From assembly GCA_963674595.2 (NCBI GenBank), contig CAXXFV010000023.1:704001-768000 (forward strand): a stretch of 64,000 nt of DNA, written 5' to 3'. Under the pieces are notes generated by a model. It did no database searches and was not told the origin of the DNA. It was given only the letters and a program-made list of their open reading frames with translations. Numbering within the stretch: position 1 is the stretch's first letter; each line of letters opens with the position of its first letter. Source of the stretch: a bacterium (lineage in GTDB: Bacteria; Zhuqueibacterota; Zhuqueibacteria; Residuimicrobiales; Krinioviventaceae). The position numbers were made by a program, and so were the translations under genes. Shown in pieces: positions 32,177 to 42,145 of this stretch.

Positions 32177-33811
32177 ATGTCCATTACTAAAAAGGCTAAG
32201 AGCAAAAAATCCGGCAACCGCCACATTCCTTTATCAGTTTGGGGGCTTGTAGCATTAATACTGCTGATCGGGGTCTGGCTTTATGCAACTGGACACAGAG
32301 TTCACTGGCCCGGCTTTATTTCCATCATGGTTTTCTATCTGCTTATCTTCTACCTGGGTTGTTTTGCTTCCAGAAAATATTCGAGTGGAAATATCGATGA
32401 TTTGATGCTTGCGGGACGGAAACTCCCCCTGGGCTTAGCCGTCTTTACAATGAGCGCCACCTGGGTCGGGGGCGGATACATTAATGGAAGCGCGGAATAT
32501 GCCTATTCCAATGGCCTGGCATGGGTCCAGGCACCCTGGGGTTACTCCTTAAGCCTCATAATAGGAGGTCTTCTCTTTGCGGCTCCAATGCGGCGCAGAG
32601 GTTACAGAACAATGCTTGATCCGCTGCAGCAGCGCTTCGGGAAAAAAGTATCTTCTATCCTCTTCTTACCTGCAGTTACCGGTGAACTCTTCTGGTCAGG
32701 GGCAATCCTAGTAGCTTTAAGCACAACTTTTGCCACGGTGTTAAATCTGGATAACCGTACATCCATCATAATTTCTGCAGTCATAGTAATCGCTTACACC
32801 GTGATCGGCGGACTGTGGGCAGTTGCCCTGACGGACACAGTCCAGCTGGTGCTTATTTTTGCCGGACTCTGGCTGGTTATTCCATCGGCACTGCCACATG
32901 TCGGGGGAATGAAAAAACTCCTGGCTGACTATGGAGCATCAACCGGATCCCTGGGAGGATTGCTGCCTCCATGGGACTGGAGGAGCGATCCAAACTGGGG
33001 CAACTATTTCTGGAACTGGCTGGATTACATGCTCCTTTTAGCACTGGGAGGGATACCCTGGCAGATCTATTTCCAAAGGGTACTGGCAGCAAAATCAGCC
33101 TCAGTAGCGAGAATCCTTTCTATTCTAGCTGCTTTTGTGTGTTTCGCGGCTGCAATCCCAGCTATCTTAATCGGCATGATAGGACACCAGATACCATGGG
33201 GAACCGGAATCTATCCTGCAGCACCGGAAAACGCCGCCAGTATTCTGCCCTATGTCATTCAGTACTGCACAAATCCGGCAGTAGCCGCAATCGGGTTGGG
33301 CGCAGTCGCTGCTGCCGTAATGTCATCAATGGATTCATCTATCCTGTCAGCAGCCTCCATGAGCACCTGGAATGTGTACAGGCCGGCCAGGCACAACACT
33401 CCTTCACCCAAGGAAATGAAGACGGTTCTGCATACCTGCATAGTTGTTATAGGAATAGCAGCCGCACTTATGGCTTTAAAAATTCAGAGTGTTTACGAAT
33501 TATGGATCCTGTGCAGTGACTTTGTTTACTGCATCCTCTTTGCCCAGCTGCTTTGCGCGGTGTATGACAAAAAAGCTAACAAAATTGGCTCTATTGCCGG
33601 CATTGCAGTGTCTTTTATCCTCAGGTTCGGCGGCGGTGAAACTGCCCTGGGTATCCCCAGGTTGATTCCTTACCCCATGATAGCTGAAGACGGAGCGGTC
33701 CTATTCCCCTTTCGTACTCTTTCCATGGTTGCAGGACTGATTACGATTATCGCGGTTTCCCGGCTGACACAAAAACGGTGCCCGCCTTCCAGCCTCTCTT
33801 CCGTTGAATAA
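32177..33811 (+). CDS. Sodium:solute symporter, CHT1/SLC5A7 (high-affinity choline transporter)-like
   Basis: FTMSATWVGGGYINGSAE, GLAWVQAPWGYSLSLIIGG, TMLDP, GELFW, LLLALGGIPWQIYFQRVL, AAVMSSMDSSILS and FPFRTLSM are colinear with human SLC5A7 as I recall it. Confidence 0.85.
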   Translation: MSITKKAKSKKSGNRHIPLSVWGLVALILLIGVWLYATGHRVHWPGFISIMVFYLLIFYLGCFASRKYSSGNIDDLMLAGRKLPLGLAVFTMSATWVGGGYINGSAEYAYSNGLAWVQAPWGYSLSLIIGGLLFAAPMRRRGYRTMLDPLQQRFGKKVSSILFLPAVTGELFWSGAILVALSTTFATVLNLDNRTSIIISAVIVIAYTVIGGLWAVALTDTVQLVLIFAGLWLVIPSALPHVGGMKKLLADYGASTGSLGGLLPPWDWRSDPNWGNYFWNWLDYMLLLALGGIPWQIYFQRVLAAKSASVARILSILAAFVCFAAAIPAILIGMIGHQIPWGTGIYPAAPENAASILPYVIQYCTNPAVAAIGLGAVAAAVMSSMDSSILSAASMSTWNVYRPARHNTPSPKEMKTVLHTCIVVIGIAAALMALKIQSVYELWILCSDFVYCILFAQLLCAVYDKKANKIGSIAGIAVSFILRFGGGETALGIPRLIPYPMIAEDGAVLFPFRTLSMVAGLITIIAVSRLTQKRCPPSSLSSVE

Positions 33812-33843
33812 ATCCGGGAATGGCCGTCACATGACAAGACCAA

Positions 33844-33963
33844 AATCGTCAATCATCAATTAAATTGTGTCGCCCTTCCAGGGCTGGGAAACGTCCCCCG
33901 TAGATGCCGGGGGACCAGAAACTGGCAGTTTCCGACCACGGGTGTCAATCGTCAATCGTCAAT
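33844..33963. repeat. Heptamer arrays flanking a REP-like palindromic segment
   Basis: AATCGTC AATCATC at 33844 and (GTCAATC)x3 at 33944-33963, with GTCGCCCTTCCAGGGCT and CCCCCG...CGGGGG stems between them. Confidence 0.6.
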
Positions 33964-35364
33964 GGATTTGGCTTTTTCCAGGGCCTGGGTTGTCGTGAAA
34001 TATTTAACCTTCATGTTGGATTCTTCCCATTCAGGCAGAGCGCCCTGCTCCAGATAACCGAGGTACCTTTTCATTACCTGAGCAAAATGGGCTTCGTGGC
34101 CTATGCGAAATTCATCCGGAATGGTGATATGCCATCCGTTCGCGGTTTCGCTGCATTCTACGCCGGGATAATTTTTCTGGATACCTTCCACCGCCCCGAC
34201 CAGGGCTGATTCCACTGCTGCTTTTTCAATACCTTCAGCGGGTTCAACAAAAAGTTCAGCCTTGTAAGCCTGGTCAGCACCCTGGCGAATAATAATATTC
34301 GCCTTGGATCCTCTCATGATGGAGTAATGGGTATCAGCGGCGCCTTCGGGAGCCTGGAAATTCCATTTAACAATTGCCTGGCTGTGTATGCCCTTCAGCT
34401 TATAGTCAATCTGCCCGTTGGCATAACAAAGCAATTCACCTCTTTCGTTAAGACTGCCTCGGAGATACTCCGGAAACTCTGCAACACCGGTAACTTTTTC
34501 GAATTGTTCCCGGCTGATCACGGTAGGCCAGCGTTTGGCGCTGACAATCTCAATATCATTATCAGTAATGGCCTGTTCCGGAAAAGCCTCCCACATAATC
34601 AGGTCCAGCAAATGGTTGGTAACATCAACGATTCCTTCACCCTGCTGGGTTGTATCAAAAGCCCAGGCTGGTCTTTGCAGAGGTTTTCCGCTGACATACT
34701 TAAAAAAGTGATGGACACTTTCTTTTACAATGGCGGGCTCTTCGAGGCTGCCCTGAACCAGGGTTCCGGACACCTCAGGAGTATGAGCCAGCTCTTTCTG
34801 CAGGATGGTCGTTATTTCAGACCGCTCCGTCATGATATCGTAGATAAGTACATTGTTCTTTTTGGCTGAATCGAAGGCTGCCAACAGAGTTTCATATCCC
34901 TCGGTGTTAATGCACATGGGTTTGTCAGCCAGTACATTCAGCCCCGCGTCTACACATGCCTTAATGTACTCGGCTTTCTTTTTATTATTGCCCGCCAACA
35001 CCACAAGATTACCTTTTTTATCGGCCAGCATTTTTTCGAAAAAGTCATCCCCGGTATATACTTCCTCTTGCCAGGAAGTAGGATTTTCCTTTTGAGAATT
35101 GAATCCTTCAATTAGCTTAAGGTGAGCATCAAGTTCAAATCCGGCTGGTGCGTATACGTGAACAACAGGACTGATCTGCGGATACATCAATTTCTGAACC
35201 AGGGCCGCATGAAAATGGCCAGGGTCCAGGGTGACTAACCTGATTGAAGCTTCTCCCCCTTCTTTCATTGAACCATCCGGCGACGCCTTCTCAGCAATGT
35301 CACATCCGGTACTTCCAATTAACAGGCAGGCAGCCATCCCCCACATTACCAACATCTTTTTCAT
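33952..35364 (-). CDS. Lipoprotein Gfo/Idh/MocA-like putative oxidoreductase
   Basis: Lipobox-like IGSTGC; LDPGHFHAALVQK, LADKPM, DIMTER, GHEAHF. Start moved to ATG 35364. Confidence 0.75.
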   Translation of the reverse strand: MKKMLVMWGMAACLLIGSTGCDIAEKASPDGSMKEGGEASIRLVTLDPGHFHAALVQKLMYPQISPVVHVYAPAGFELDAHLKLIEGFNSQKENPTSWQEEVYTGDDFFEKMLADKKGNLVVLAGNNKKKAEYIKACVDAGLNVLADKPMCINTEGYETLLAAFDSAKKNNVLIYDIMTERSEITTILQKELAHTPEVSGTLVQGSLEEPAIVKESVHHFFKYVSGKPLQRPAWAFDTTQQGEGIVDVTNHLLDLIMWEAFPEQAITDNDIEIVSAKRWPTVISREQFEKVTGVAEFPEYLRGSLNERGELLCYANGQIDYKLKGIHSQAIVKWNFQAPEGAADTHYSIMRGSKANIIIRQGADQAYKAELFVEPAEGIEKAAVESALVGAVEGIQKNYPGVECSETANGWHITIPDEFRIGHEAHFAQVMKRYLGYLEQGALPEWEESNMKVKYFTTTQALEKAKSIDD

Positions 35365-35614
35365 CACTATTGTCCTTCTGAAAATTTCTATTTCCGGTAT
35401 TAAATTCCACAACCCAGCTTTTTCAATCATGAAATTACATTTAATTTTAAAAAATAAATCCGGATTTAAACGATTAATTCAAAACCAGGGAATTTCCCGC
35501 TTCCCCTATCCCAGGATTGTATTTTACCCGAGGTAAAACTATCAAAAAATATCATGGTATCAACAATAACATTATTCTTTGATACCAGTGTTGTACCAAT
35601 AGCGCTACCTGTTT

Positions 35615-36907
35615 CTACCTATCCGCCAGCAAAGCGGCGATCTGGGCCTGGCGGGCAAGATTCATTGAATCTCCCAGGATGCGGGCAGCCTCCTGCGGAC
35701 TGTGGAAACCAGTGCTGTTTTCTGAGGAGACAAAATCCCAGCGCATTGAAGCCTTTCGCTGCAGCTTCAGGGCTTCAGCCAGATCCTCATCTGAAGCTCC
35801 ATCTGCCCTGGCTCCCACGATAGCGTCAATCGCATCAACGATTGCTTCTTCAGATGACCTCAGCAGACTGGCGGTCTTGTGCTGGATTTCCAGTATCCTT
35901 CCCTTAAGTTCCTCTTCATCCCACTGGTGACATGTCTGGCATGAATGATTAACATTGGTAAGCGGGCTGCGGACCCAGTGGTCAGACACCTTCACGCTTC
36001 CCTCCCTGATATAGGGCATGTGGCAGTCAGCACAGGACACTCCGGAACGGGCATGAATTGAACTGCTCCACATTTCAAACTCCGAATGCTGCATCTTCAG
36101 CATCGGTGCCCCGGTTTCTTTATGGGTCCAGTCAGAAAAATTAATTTCATCGTAATACTCATCAATATTGTCTATGCTTAAACCCTTGGTCCAGGGAAAC
36201 GTTAATAATTTGTCCTCGCCCTTGAAATAGTATTCAACGTGGCACTGCGCGCAGACATACGTCCTCATTTCCTGGCGGGTAGCCTTATTCAGATCAATGC
36301 CTCTCGCCTCCATGGCGTTCTTGAATGCGGGCCTGGTAACACGAAGGTCCATGGTTACGGGATCATGGCAATCCGCGCAGGATGATCCGGTTTTCAGGCT
36401 GGATTTCAGTTCATTATAGGGAGTGTGGTTAAAAGCAGGCCATCCCATTTCTTCAATTAATGCCGGTACTTCGGCAGCGTGACAGTTGGCGCATGCTCCA
36501 GGCTGATCAACTATCTTGGTCCTCTGGGTATTTAACTGATCAATCAAAGCGTAATAATGGCCGCGTTCTTCGTTATGATCCACCGCGAAGGAATAGCCGG
36601 CCCAGATACGCTTCATAGCCGGGACTTTTTCCAGTTTACTGTAAGGGGTAGAGCCGCCGTATTCAGTACTGCCGTAATCAATCTCGGTCTTTACAAAGGA
36701 GTCATACTCCATCGGGAAATTGCGCCCCCACACCTCGGGATTAATTTCACCCTCAGCGATCTCCACCACGTTCAGCGGATACTGGAAGGCCTCCTCCTTG
36801 CGCGCCTGAATGTTAAAAAGAAGAGCCAGAATGGCAATAGTTACAGCTCCGGCACCTGCAAAGGCGGCTACATAAACAAGTCGCATCCATACTGATTTGC
36901 TCTTCAT
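35615..36907 (-). CDS. nrfA: Ammonia-forming cytochrome c nitrite reductase NrfA (heme-1 CxxCH variant)
   Basis: Five heme motifs CANCH, CADCH, CAQCH(VEYYF), CADCH(MPY), CQTCH; KMQH; ERGH; SENSTGFH. Start at ATG 36907. Confidence 0.92.
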   Translation of the reverse strand: MKSKSVWMRLVYVAAFAGAGAVTIAILALLFNIQARKEEAFQYPLNVVEIAEGEINPEVWGRNFPMEYDSFVKTEIDYGSTEYGGSTPYSKLEKVPAMKRIWAGYSFAVDHNEERGHYYALIDQLNTQRTKIVDQPGACANCHAAEVPALIEEMGWPAFNHTPYNELKSSLKTGSSCADCHDPVTMDLRVTRPAFKNAMEARGIDLNKATRQEMRTYVCAQCHVEYYFKGEDKLLTFPWTKGLSIDNIDEYYDEINFSDWTHKETGAPMLKMQHSEFEMWSSSIHARSGVSCADCHMPYIREGSVKVSDHWVRSPLTNVNHSCQTCHQWDEEELKGRILEIQHKTASLLRSSEEAIVDAIDAIVGARADGASDEDLAEALKLQRKASMRWDFVSSENSTGFHSPQEAARILGDSMNLARQAQIAALLADR

Positions 36908-36920
36908 TAACAAATCCTTC

Positions 36921-37397
36921 CTATTTTTTCCTGTTGTGCCCGACATGGCTGTGACAAAACAGGCAGTCGGCATTCTCCCCGCCAGTCCCGGCACCCATGC
37001 GCCCAACCATGTCCTGATGACAGCTGATACATTTGTTTTGAACTATATCTTTATTAAATCCCTTGATCCGCAAAGGTTCCGGGAAATTACCGGTAGTAAA
37101 GGCAGCGCTGTGATTCCATCCGTTAATGGCTTTTACCGTATATTTACCAAAAAAATCGTGAGGAGTATGGCAGTCATTACAGGTAGCTGCAGCATGATGG
37201 CTCGTGCGGGCCCAGGCATCAAAATGCTCTCTCATGATGTGGCAGTTTTTGCAGGCAACAGGGTCATCCTGCAGATAGGAAGTACCCTGCGCGTAGTAAA
37301 AGGTATATCCGGACAAGCCGAATACGGCACCCAAACATAGCGACAGAATCAGGAGTGCCCAATGAATTGATCCTGATCCGTGTTTACTTATGCCCAC
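36921..37397 (-). CDS. nrfH: Tetraheme quinol dehydrogenase NrfH
   Basis: N-terminal TM helix; CKNCHIM, CNDCH, CISCH, CLFCH..VGH; upstream of nrfA. Confidence 0.92.
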   Translation of the reverse strand: MGISKHGSGSIHWALLILSLCLGAVFGLSGYTFYYAQGTSYLQDDPVACKNCHIMREHFDAWARTSHHAAATCNDCHTPHDFFGKYTVKAINGWNHSAAFTTGNFPEPLRIKGFNKDIVQNKCISCHQDMVGRMGAGTGGENADCLFCHSHVGHNRKK

Positions 37398-37845
37398 GCC
37401 ATATCCCCTCTGGCTATATAACCTACAAAACTATTGAGCGCCTGCTTCTAAATTTATATTAAAAAAACGGATATTGCGAGAAAAAAGTAGTAACTCAGAG
37501 GAATATTACTTTCCCCAGTCCGTTGAACGTTTTCTTCCCCCCCTGTTTGTACGAGTACTGATTCCAGGAGGAAGAATAGAGAATGGAGAGCCAAAGGAAG
37601 AAGCTGTCAACCAGGCCGCCATTTACCAAGTCAAGATAAAATCCTGGGTAGGATGTCCCGGCTGCAAAATGAAGTTAATCCACCGGAATAGCCATACCAT
37701 TGAAGACGAAAACTTCCCGGTGCCGTCTTTTTATGGATTCCTGATTCGAATTCATGTCCTGGCAAATCCCGGCTGTTTCCCGCCCAGACCACTGTCAAAG
37801 AATCCTTGTTTTTAAGGTCCAGGTAAAAACCTTTGCTGAAAAAAT

Positions 37846-38403
37846 TCATACTTTCTTCAGCAGCACGCTATGAGCTCCGCCGATTTCAAGCTGTTTAATC
37901 TGCTGAAAATAATTATTTTCAGCAGTTCTGACAGATGAAGCAAAAACAGATCTTGATACATGGCCGGAAGGCTCCGAAAACAACAGGTTCCCTCCGGGTC
38001 TTAAAACTGTGTATATGTCCCTGAAAAGAGCGTCCTGATCCGGAACTTCGTGGGCGACTGAAAATAATAGAACAAAATCAATTTTGTTAAGGTATTTTTC
38101 CGGACTGATTTTGGGACCGGTAATCAGAAACGGTTCAATTACATCTTCTACTTTTGCCTTTCTGGCTCTTTTTATGAGTGCCCGCAGCATTCCCTCCTGG
38201 ATGTCCGCGCAGATCACCTTTCCTTCAGGACCTACTAAACCGGCCATTGGAATACTGAAGTAACCCATGGCCGAACCATAATCAAGAGCTGTCATTCCCG
38301 GGCTCAGAAATGATCCCAGAATTCTATCGGGATTCTGGCGCAGTTTCCTGAAAGGGCTCAGCAAAAAATAACCTATCCATACTGGACATACTCTCCCAGC
38401 CAT
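37846..38403 (-). CDS. Class I SAM-dependent methyltransferase
   Basis: RVCP...LLSPFRKLRQNP, LDYGSAMGYF, HEVPDQ, LRPGG. Confidence 0.82.
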   Translation of the reverse strand: MAGRVCPVWIGYFLLSPFRKLRQNPDRILGSFLSPGMTALDYGSAMGYFSIPMAGLVGPEGKVICADIQEGMLRALIKRARKAKVEDVIEPFLITGPKISPEKYLNKIDFVLLFSVAHEVPDQDALFRDIYTVLRPGGNLLFSEPSGHVSRSVFASSVRTAENNYFQQIKQLEIGGAHSVLLKKV

Positions 38404-38450
38404 AATTTTATTTCCTCTGTTTTATGATAGAAAACATCCAGTCCAATCAG

Positions 38451-39053
38451 CTATGCTGCTAATTTTCTACCAAGTTTCCTGGCTTTTTTCTTTGCTTTTT
38501 CCGGCAGCTCCATCTGCTGTTTATTGACCAGCCCCACCCAAAGCACACCTACAGGTTTAGCCCCTAAAAGTTGTGACAGTTTCTTCAAAGCCCCCAAAGC
38601 TCCCGTTAGATACCTGCCAATAATGACAGGGGCGGCTGAAGAAGAAACCAGGACAGCTTTCTTCGTTGTCCCCTTTACTCTTGTTTTAGGAGCCGAAGTA
38701 TTCCAGGGCCAGTAACCATACCCCACGCATCGTTCCATAAATCGCCGGGTCAGGGCATTAACGTTTCCTATGTTCACAGGAGCTCCTATAACAAGAGAAT
38801 CGGCACTTTCAATCTCATCCAGCAGGGAATTCAAGTCATCTTCAATTACGCACCTCCCCCGTTGGGTTCCGGGGATCTGCATGCAGGAGCGGCAGTTAGT
38901 ACAAAACTCGATTTTCTGGTCTTGGAGATATATCTTTTTCGTTTGCACACCCTGCCTTTCAGCTTCCGCCAGTATTTCGGTCACAGCTGAATCCACTATG
39001 TTCCCCTTCCTGTAACTGCCCACGATTCCAATAGCTTTAATCTTGGTGCTCAT
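38451..39053 (-). CDS. Flavodoxin-family / iron-sulfur flavoprotein (NADPH-dependent FMN reductase-like)
   Basis: GSYRKG, FCTNCRSC...CVIEDD, GAPV. Confidence 0.82.
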   Translation of the reverse strand: MSTKIKAIGIVGSYRKGNIVDSAVTEILAEAERQGVQTKKIYLQDQKIEFCTNCRSCMQIPGTQRGRCVIEDDLNSLLDEIESADSLVIGAPVNIGNVNALTRRFMERCVGYGYWPWNTSAPKTRVKGTTKKAVLVSSSAAPVIIGRYLTGALGALKKLSQLLGAKPVGVLWVGLVNKQQMELPEKAKKKARKLGRKLAA

Positions 39054-39349
39054 ACTAACCACTCCAGTTTAATAACAGTTTCATATTTTTCTTACACATA
39101 CAGGCTTAGCTCTCCTGGATATCCGGAGAGCTCTTTACTATTTTATATTCTCTAATTAAACTTTCAAATACTCATATTCGTACTATCTTTGGAAGTTAAA
39201 AATAAGTAATCAAACCTACAGTAGAAAAATTCAATTAGTTTATTGCTGAATTCGTTTGTTGTTGTAAACCAGGTTTTCATTTATATCATTTACAGTGTTT
39301 ATTATTTAAAAAGCAATAAAATGCCGAAGCTACAGAAGGAGAGATTCCT

Positions 39350-39745
39350 ATGTTCCTAACCCTGCTCGTCGTTACCTTTTTAATTGCGTTTGTGGTGTCG
39401 TTTATTGTAACGGTAATTTTCAAAAAGCCCTTTAACGCTATCCTGCATCGAATAGTGGATGAAGAAATCGGCCAGGCCTGGTCTAGGTACCTGACATTCG
39501 CCATCTATGTAGTCGGCATCTCCACCGGGGTACGGGTATGGGACCTTGAAAAGTATATTACTCCAGCAAAAGAAAATTCTGAGATCATCCTTCTTAACCT
39601 GGACCGCTGGGTATTGGAAGTCTACCGTACCATCATCGGAACGCTTCAGGGCATCGCCTGGATGCTGCTTGTATTCTTTTTATTCTCACTGATTGCTTAC
39701 GTGATAGTGCGGATCTTTGAAGGCAGGGATTCTCAAGTCAAATAG
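39350..39745 (+). CDS. Small membrane protein, hypothetical
   Basis: Three hydrophobic segments; AAGGAG RBS upstream. Confidence 0.75.
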   Translation: MFLTLLVVTFLIAFVVSFIVTVIFKKPFNAILHRIVDEEIGQAWSRYLTFAIYVVGISTGVRVWDLEKYITPAKENSEIILLNLDRWVLEVYRTIIGTLQGIAWMLLVFFLFSLIAYVIVRIFEGRDSQVK

Positions 39746-39906
39746 AGAAATGCCTGTCTGCAACGGATGTTGCCATCCGTTCTAACACGCATTTCTATCC
39801 TAGTCAGGCAGCGAGCCGGCAACTGTCAGAAACTTGCAGGCTGAATATTGGTATTCTGTCGAACAAATAATTCACTACAAAAAAACCAGCGCTTAGAATT
39901 CAAGCC

Positions 39907-40563
39907 TTAAGGCAAATACCCCTTTATCAAGATATGCCTTTCGCTCACCTTTTCCACCTGGAGACTTAGTCCGGCATTTTTCAGCTGCTCCTCAATTTCC
40001 TCCACCGTGAAAGAGGCACACAGGGAATTGTAAAAGTCCAGCTTAAGAATGGGGTCCTCGTCAGGGGAAACATCTTCAACAATCTGCCTGGCTGTCTCCG
40101 CTGATTCCGGCCTGTAAAGATCCATGACGCAGACCAGCGCTCCCGGTTTGGCGAGGCGTTTTGTTTCGTTCCAAAGAACATAAGGATCGGGCAGATGATG
40201 AATCATGTCTTTGCAAAGGACTGCGTCAAAGCTTTTCTCCTCAAAGGCCAGGCCCGGAATATATCCCTGCATCGGACTGACACGGTCCTCCAGGCCCGCG
40301 GCCTGAACTGCCTGTTGAGCCAGCATTATCATTGGCCCGGAACCATCAATGGCGGTAATTTGGATATCGGGGAAGGTTTTTGCCAGCCTGATCGGGACAT
40401 CAGCGGGACCGCACCCGAGATCCAAAACTTTCTGCATACTGCCTGGAAAGCTGACCTGCAGCATGTCGACGTACCACTGATTTGACTGGGAAAAATCCGC
40501 TCTGGCATAGGCTATCGCCTGCTGTTTATCATCCATAATTTCCGGTTCCAGTACTCTCTTCAT
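39907..40563 (-). CDS. Class I SAM-dependent methyltransferase
   Basis: MKRVLEPEIMD...YARADF, LDLGCGPAD, HHLPDP, DFYNSL. Confidence 0.85.
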   Translation of the reverse strand: MKRVLEPEIMDDKQQAIAYARADFSQSNQWYVDMLQVSFPGSMQKVLDLGCGPADVPIRLAKTFPDIQITAIDGSGPMIMLAQQAVQAAGLEDRVSPMQGYIPGLAFEEKSFDAVLCKDMIHHLPDPYVLWNETKRLAKPGALVCVMDLYRPESAETARQIVEDVSPDEDPILKLDFYNSLCASFTVEEIEEQLKNAGLSLQVEKVSERHILIKGYLP

Positions 40564-40713
40564 CCATATCTCCTTGCCGTATTTATCATAGGCATAAACC
40601 GCCCTATCAGAAGTACCCTGTCCGGTTTGAGAACTTCAAAAAACATCAATCCATTTAATGGTACAGCAAAATCCAGCAGCCAGAGCCAGGTGAGGCATAA
40701 TCCCAAGAATGCG

Positions 40714-42012
40714 CTACTGCCATCTCCGTCCGGGTAACCGGCCCGGAGTAACTGCATCGCTCCCCTCCTCCCAGAGAGTCCTCAACAAAACATCAGGGAC
40801 TCTATTCACCCGGGCAACCGTCTTCTGAGTAGCAGTGATATAGAGCCCGTTTTCCCATATAAAATCCGGATAGCTGATACGAACTTCAGGGTCTTCATCG
40901 TAGAGAACCGCAACCGGTTCACCCCAGTGAATGACTTTGCCTTCCGGGGAATCGTATTCGACTCCGCCCAGCAGGTAAGCCGGGTTTCGACCCTGGTAAT
41001 CACGGCCGCCGTGGTTGTGAAACCAGTAAATATAATGGCCCGCATAAGGCCCTTCTTCAATTTTCCTGACAAAATTGGCGGCACGCGGATGATTCACAAG
41101 TTTTCCACCCGGCTGATAGGTCATAAAAGCGGATTCGGTCCAGCTCCTGCCGTCATCGCGGGAATAGGCGTGACAGGGATGCCCTGCCACAGTGCGGTAT
41201 GTACAAAAAAGGCTCCCGTCTGACAGGCTGGCCAGGTTCATTTCCTCAGCGATTGGGCCTTCAGGGGATTTTAAACCGAAATCACCCTCGGGCAAGGTAT
41301 CCCATTTCAGTTTTTCAAGATTTTGCTCTGTTTCAATATTTCCGCATCGCAGCAGCCAGGATTCACTCTGTTCCAGGAATCCGCGGCCAAACTTTCCGAC
41401 CTTGGAAAATCCGAGATACATGCCTCCTTTATGCCGGATTGGTTTGCCCACACCCCAGAAAAAACGCACTTTCCCCTGGTATGGATTATTCCGGTCAATT
41501 GCCGTCTCCCTGACCGGAATATACCAGCGCTTTTTCGACCAGCTCAACCCGCCATTATCGGAATACTTGAAGGCATATTCTCCCAACGTGTCCACCCGGT
41601 TCCCGCCGCCGATAACCGATCGCATATTTGCGGCATTGCAGGTGTAGAAAACATAGAGTCGCCCATAGCTGGTGAGGTATGGCATAACCCAGGATGCCTC
41701 CGGCCCGTCAGAAGGCTCAATATCAACCAACGGGCTCCAGCTCCTGCCCTGATCATGGCTGCGCGTGGAAACGATGTGCTGCCCATTCTGTCCCTCATTC
41801 CCAGGGGCCGTAGTCATAGTGCAGAGCCAGTTCCCGTCCCCAAGCTGCACAATATAAGGCTGATCGCAGTAGCCCTCTGAGGGAATCTCCCAGCCAGTCT
41901 GGAAATCTACTGGAGGAGGGACCTGGTTAGTCCAGGCAGGCTCTCCTGCCCTGACAAGCAGGCAATTAGTAATAAAAAACAATATGGCAATCAGATTGAG
42001 TTTCAGTTTCAT
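40714..42012 (-). CDS. Secreted sialidase-like BNR/Asp-box beta-propeller protein
   Basis: Signal peptide; Asp boxes SHDQGRSW, SDNGGLSW, SRDDGRSW; SYPD. Confidence 0.78.
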   Translation of the reverse strand: MKLKLNLIAILFFITNCLLVRAGEPAWTNQVPPPVDFQTGWEIPSEGYCDQPYIVQLGDGNWLCTMTTAPGNEGQNGQHIVSTRSHDQGRSWSPLVDIEPSDGPEASWVMPYLTSYGRLYVFYTCNAANMRSVIGGGNRVDTLGEYAFKYSDNGGLSWSKKRWYIPVRETAIDRNNPYQGKVRFFWGVGKPIRHKGGMYLGFSKVGKFGRGFLEQSESWLLRCGNIETEQNLEKLKWDTLPEGDFGLKSPEGPIAEEMNLASLSDGSLFCTYRTVAGHPCHAYSRDDGRSWTESAFMTYQPGGKLVNHPRAANFVRKIEEGPYAGHYIYWFHNHGGRDYQGRNPAYLLGGVEYDSPEGKVIHWGEPVAVLYDEDPEVRISYPDFIWENGLYITATQKTVARVNRVPDVLLRTLWEEGSDAVTPGRLPGRRWQ

Positions 42013-42145
42013 GCTGTCTCCGCCGTTAATCATAGCCGCAGGTCTCAGGTGACAGGCTGCGATACCCTGTTAGTGATTACCATTCTATCCTCTGTACTCT
42101 GCATTTTCTTGCCTGAAATAAGAGAAAAGTTGTAAGTTTAAGCTT

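Noticed and set aside
37631-37849. 72-aa ORF overlapping the methyltransferase stop (ATGA)
   Set aside because: No recognisable motif and no convincing continuation in other frames; cannot be supported as a gene.
40806-41880. Multiple overlapping 60-185 aa ORFs opposite the BNR protein, and similar shadow ORFs across the GC-richer half
   Set aside because: They are antisense or alternate-frame shadows of well-supported genes, with no motifs or RBS.
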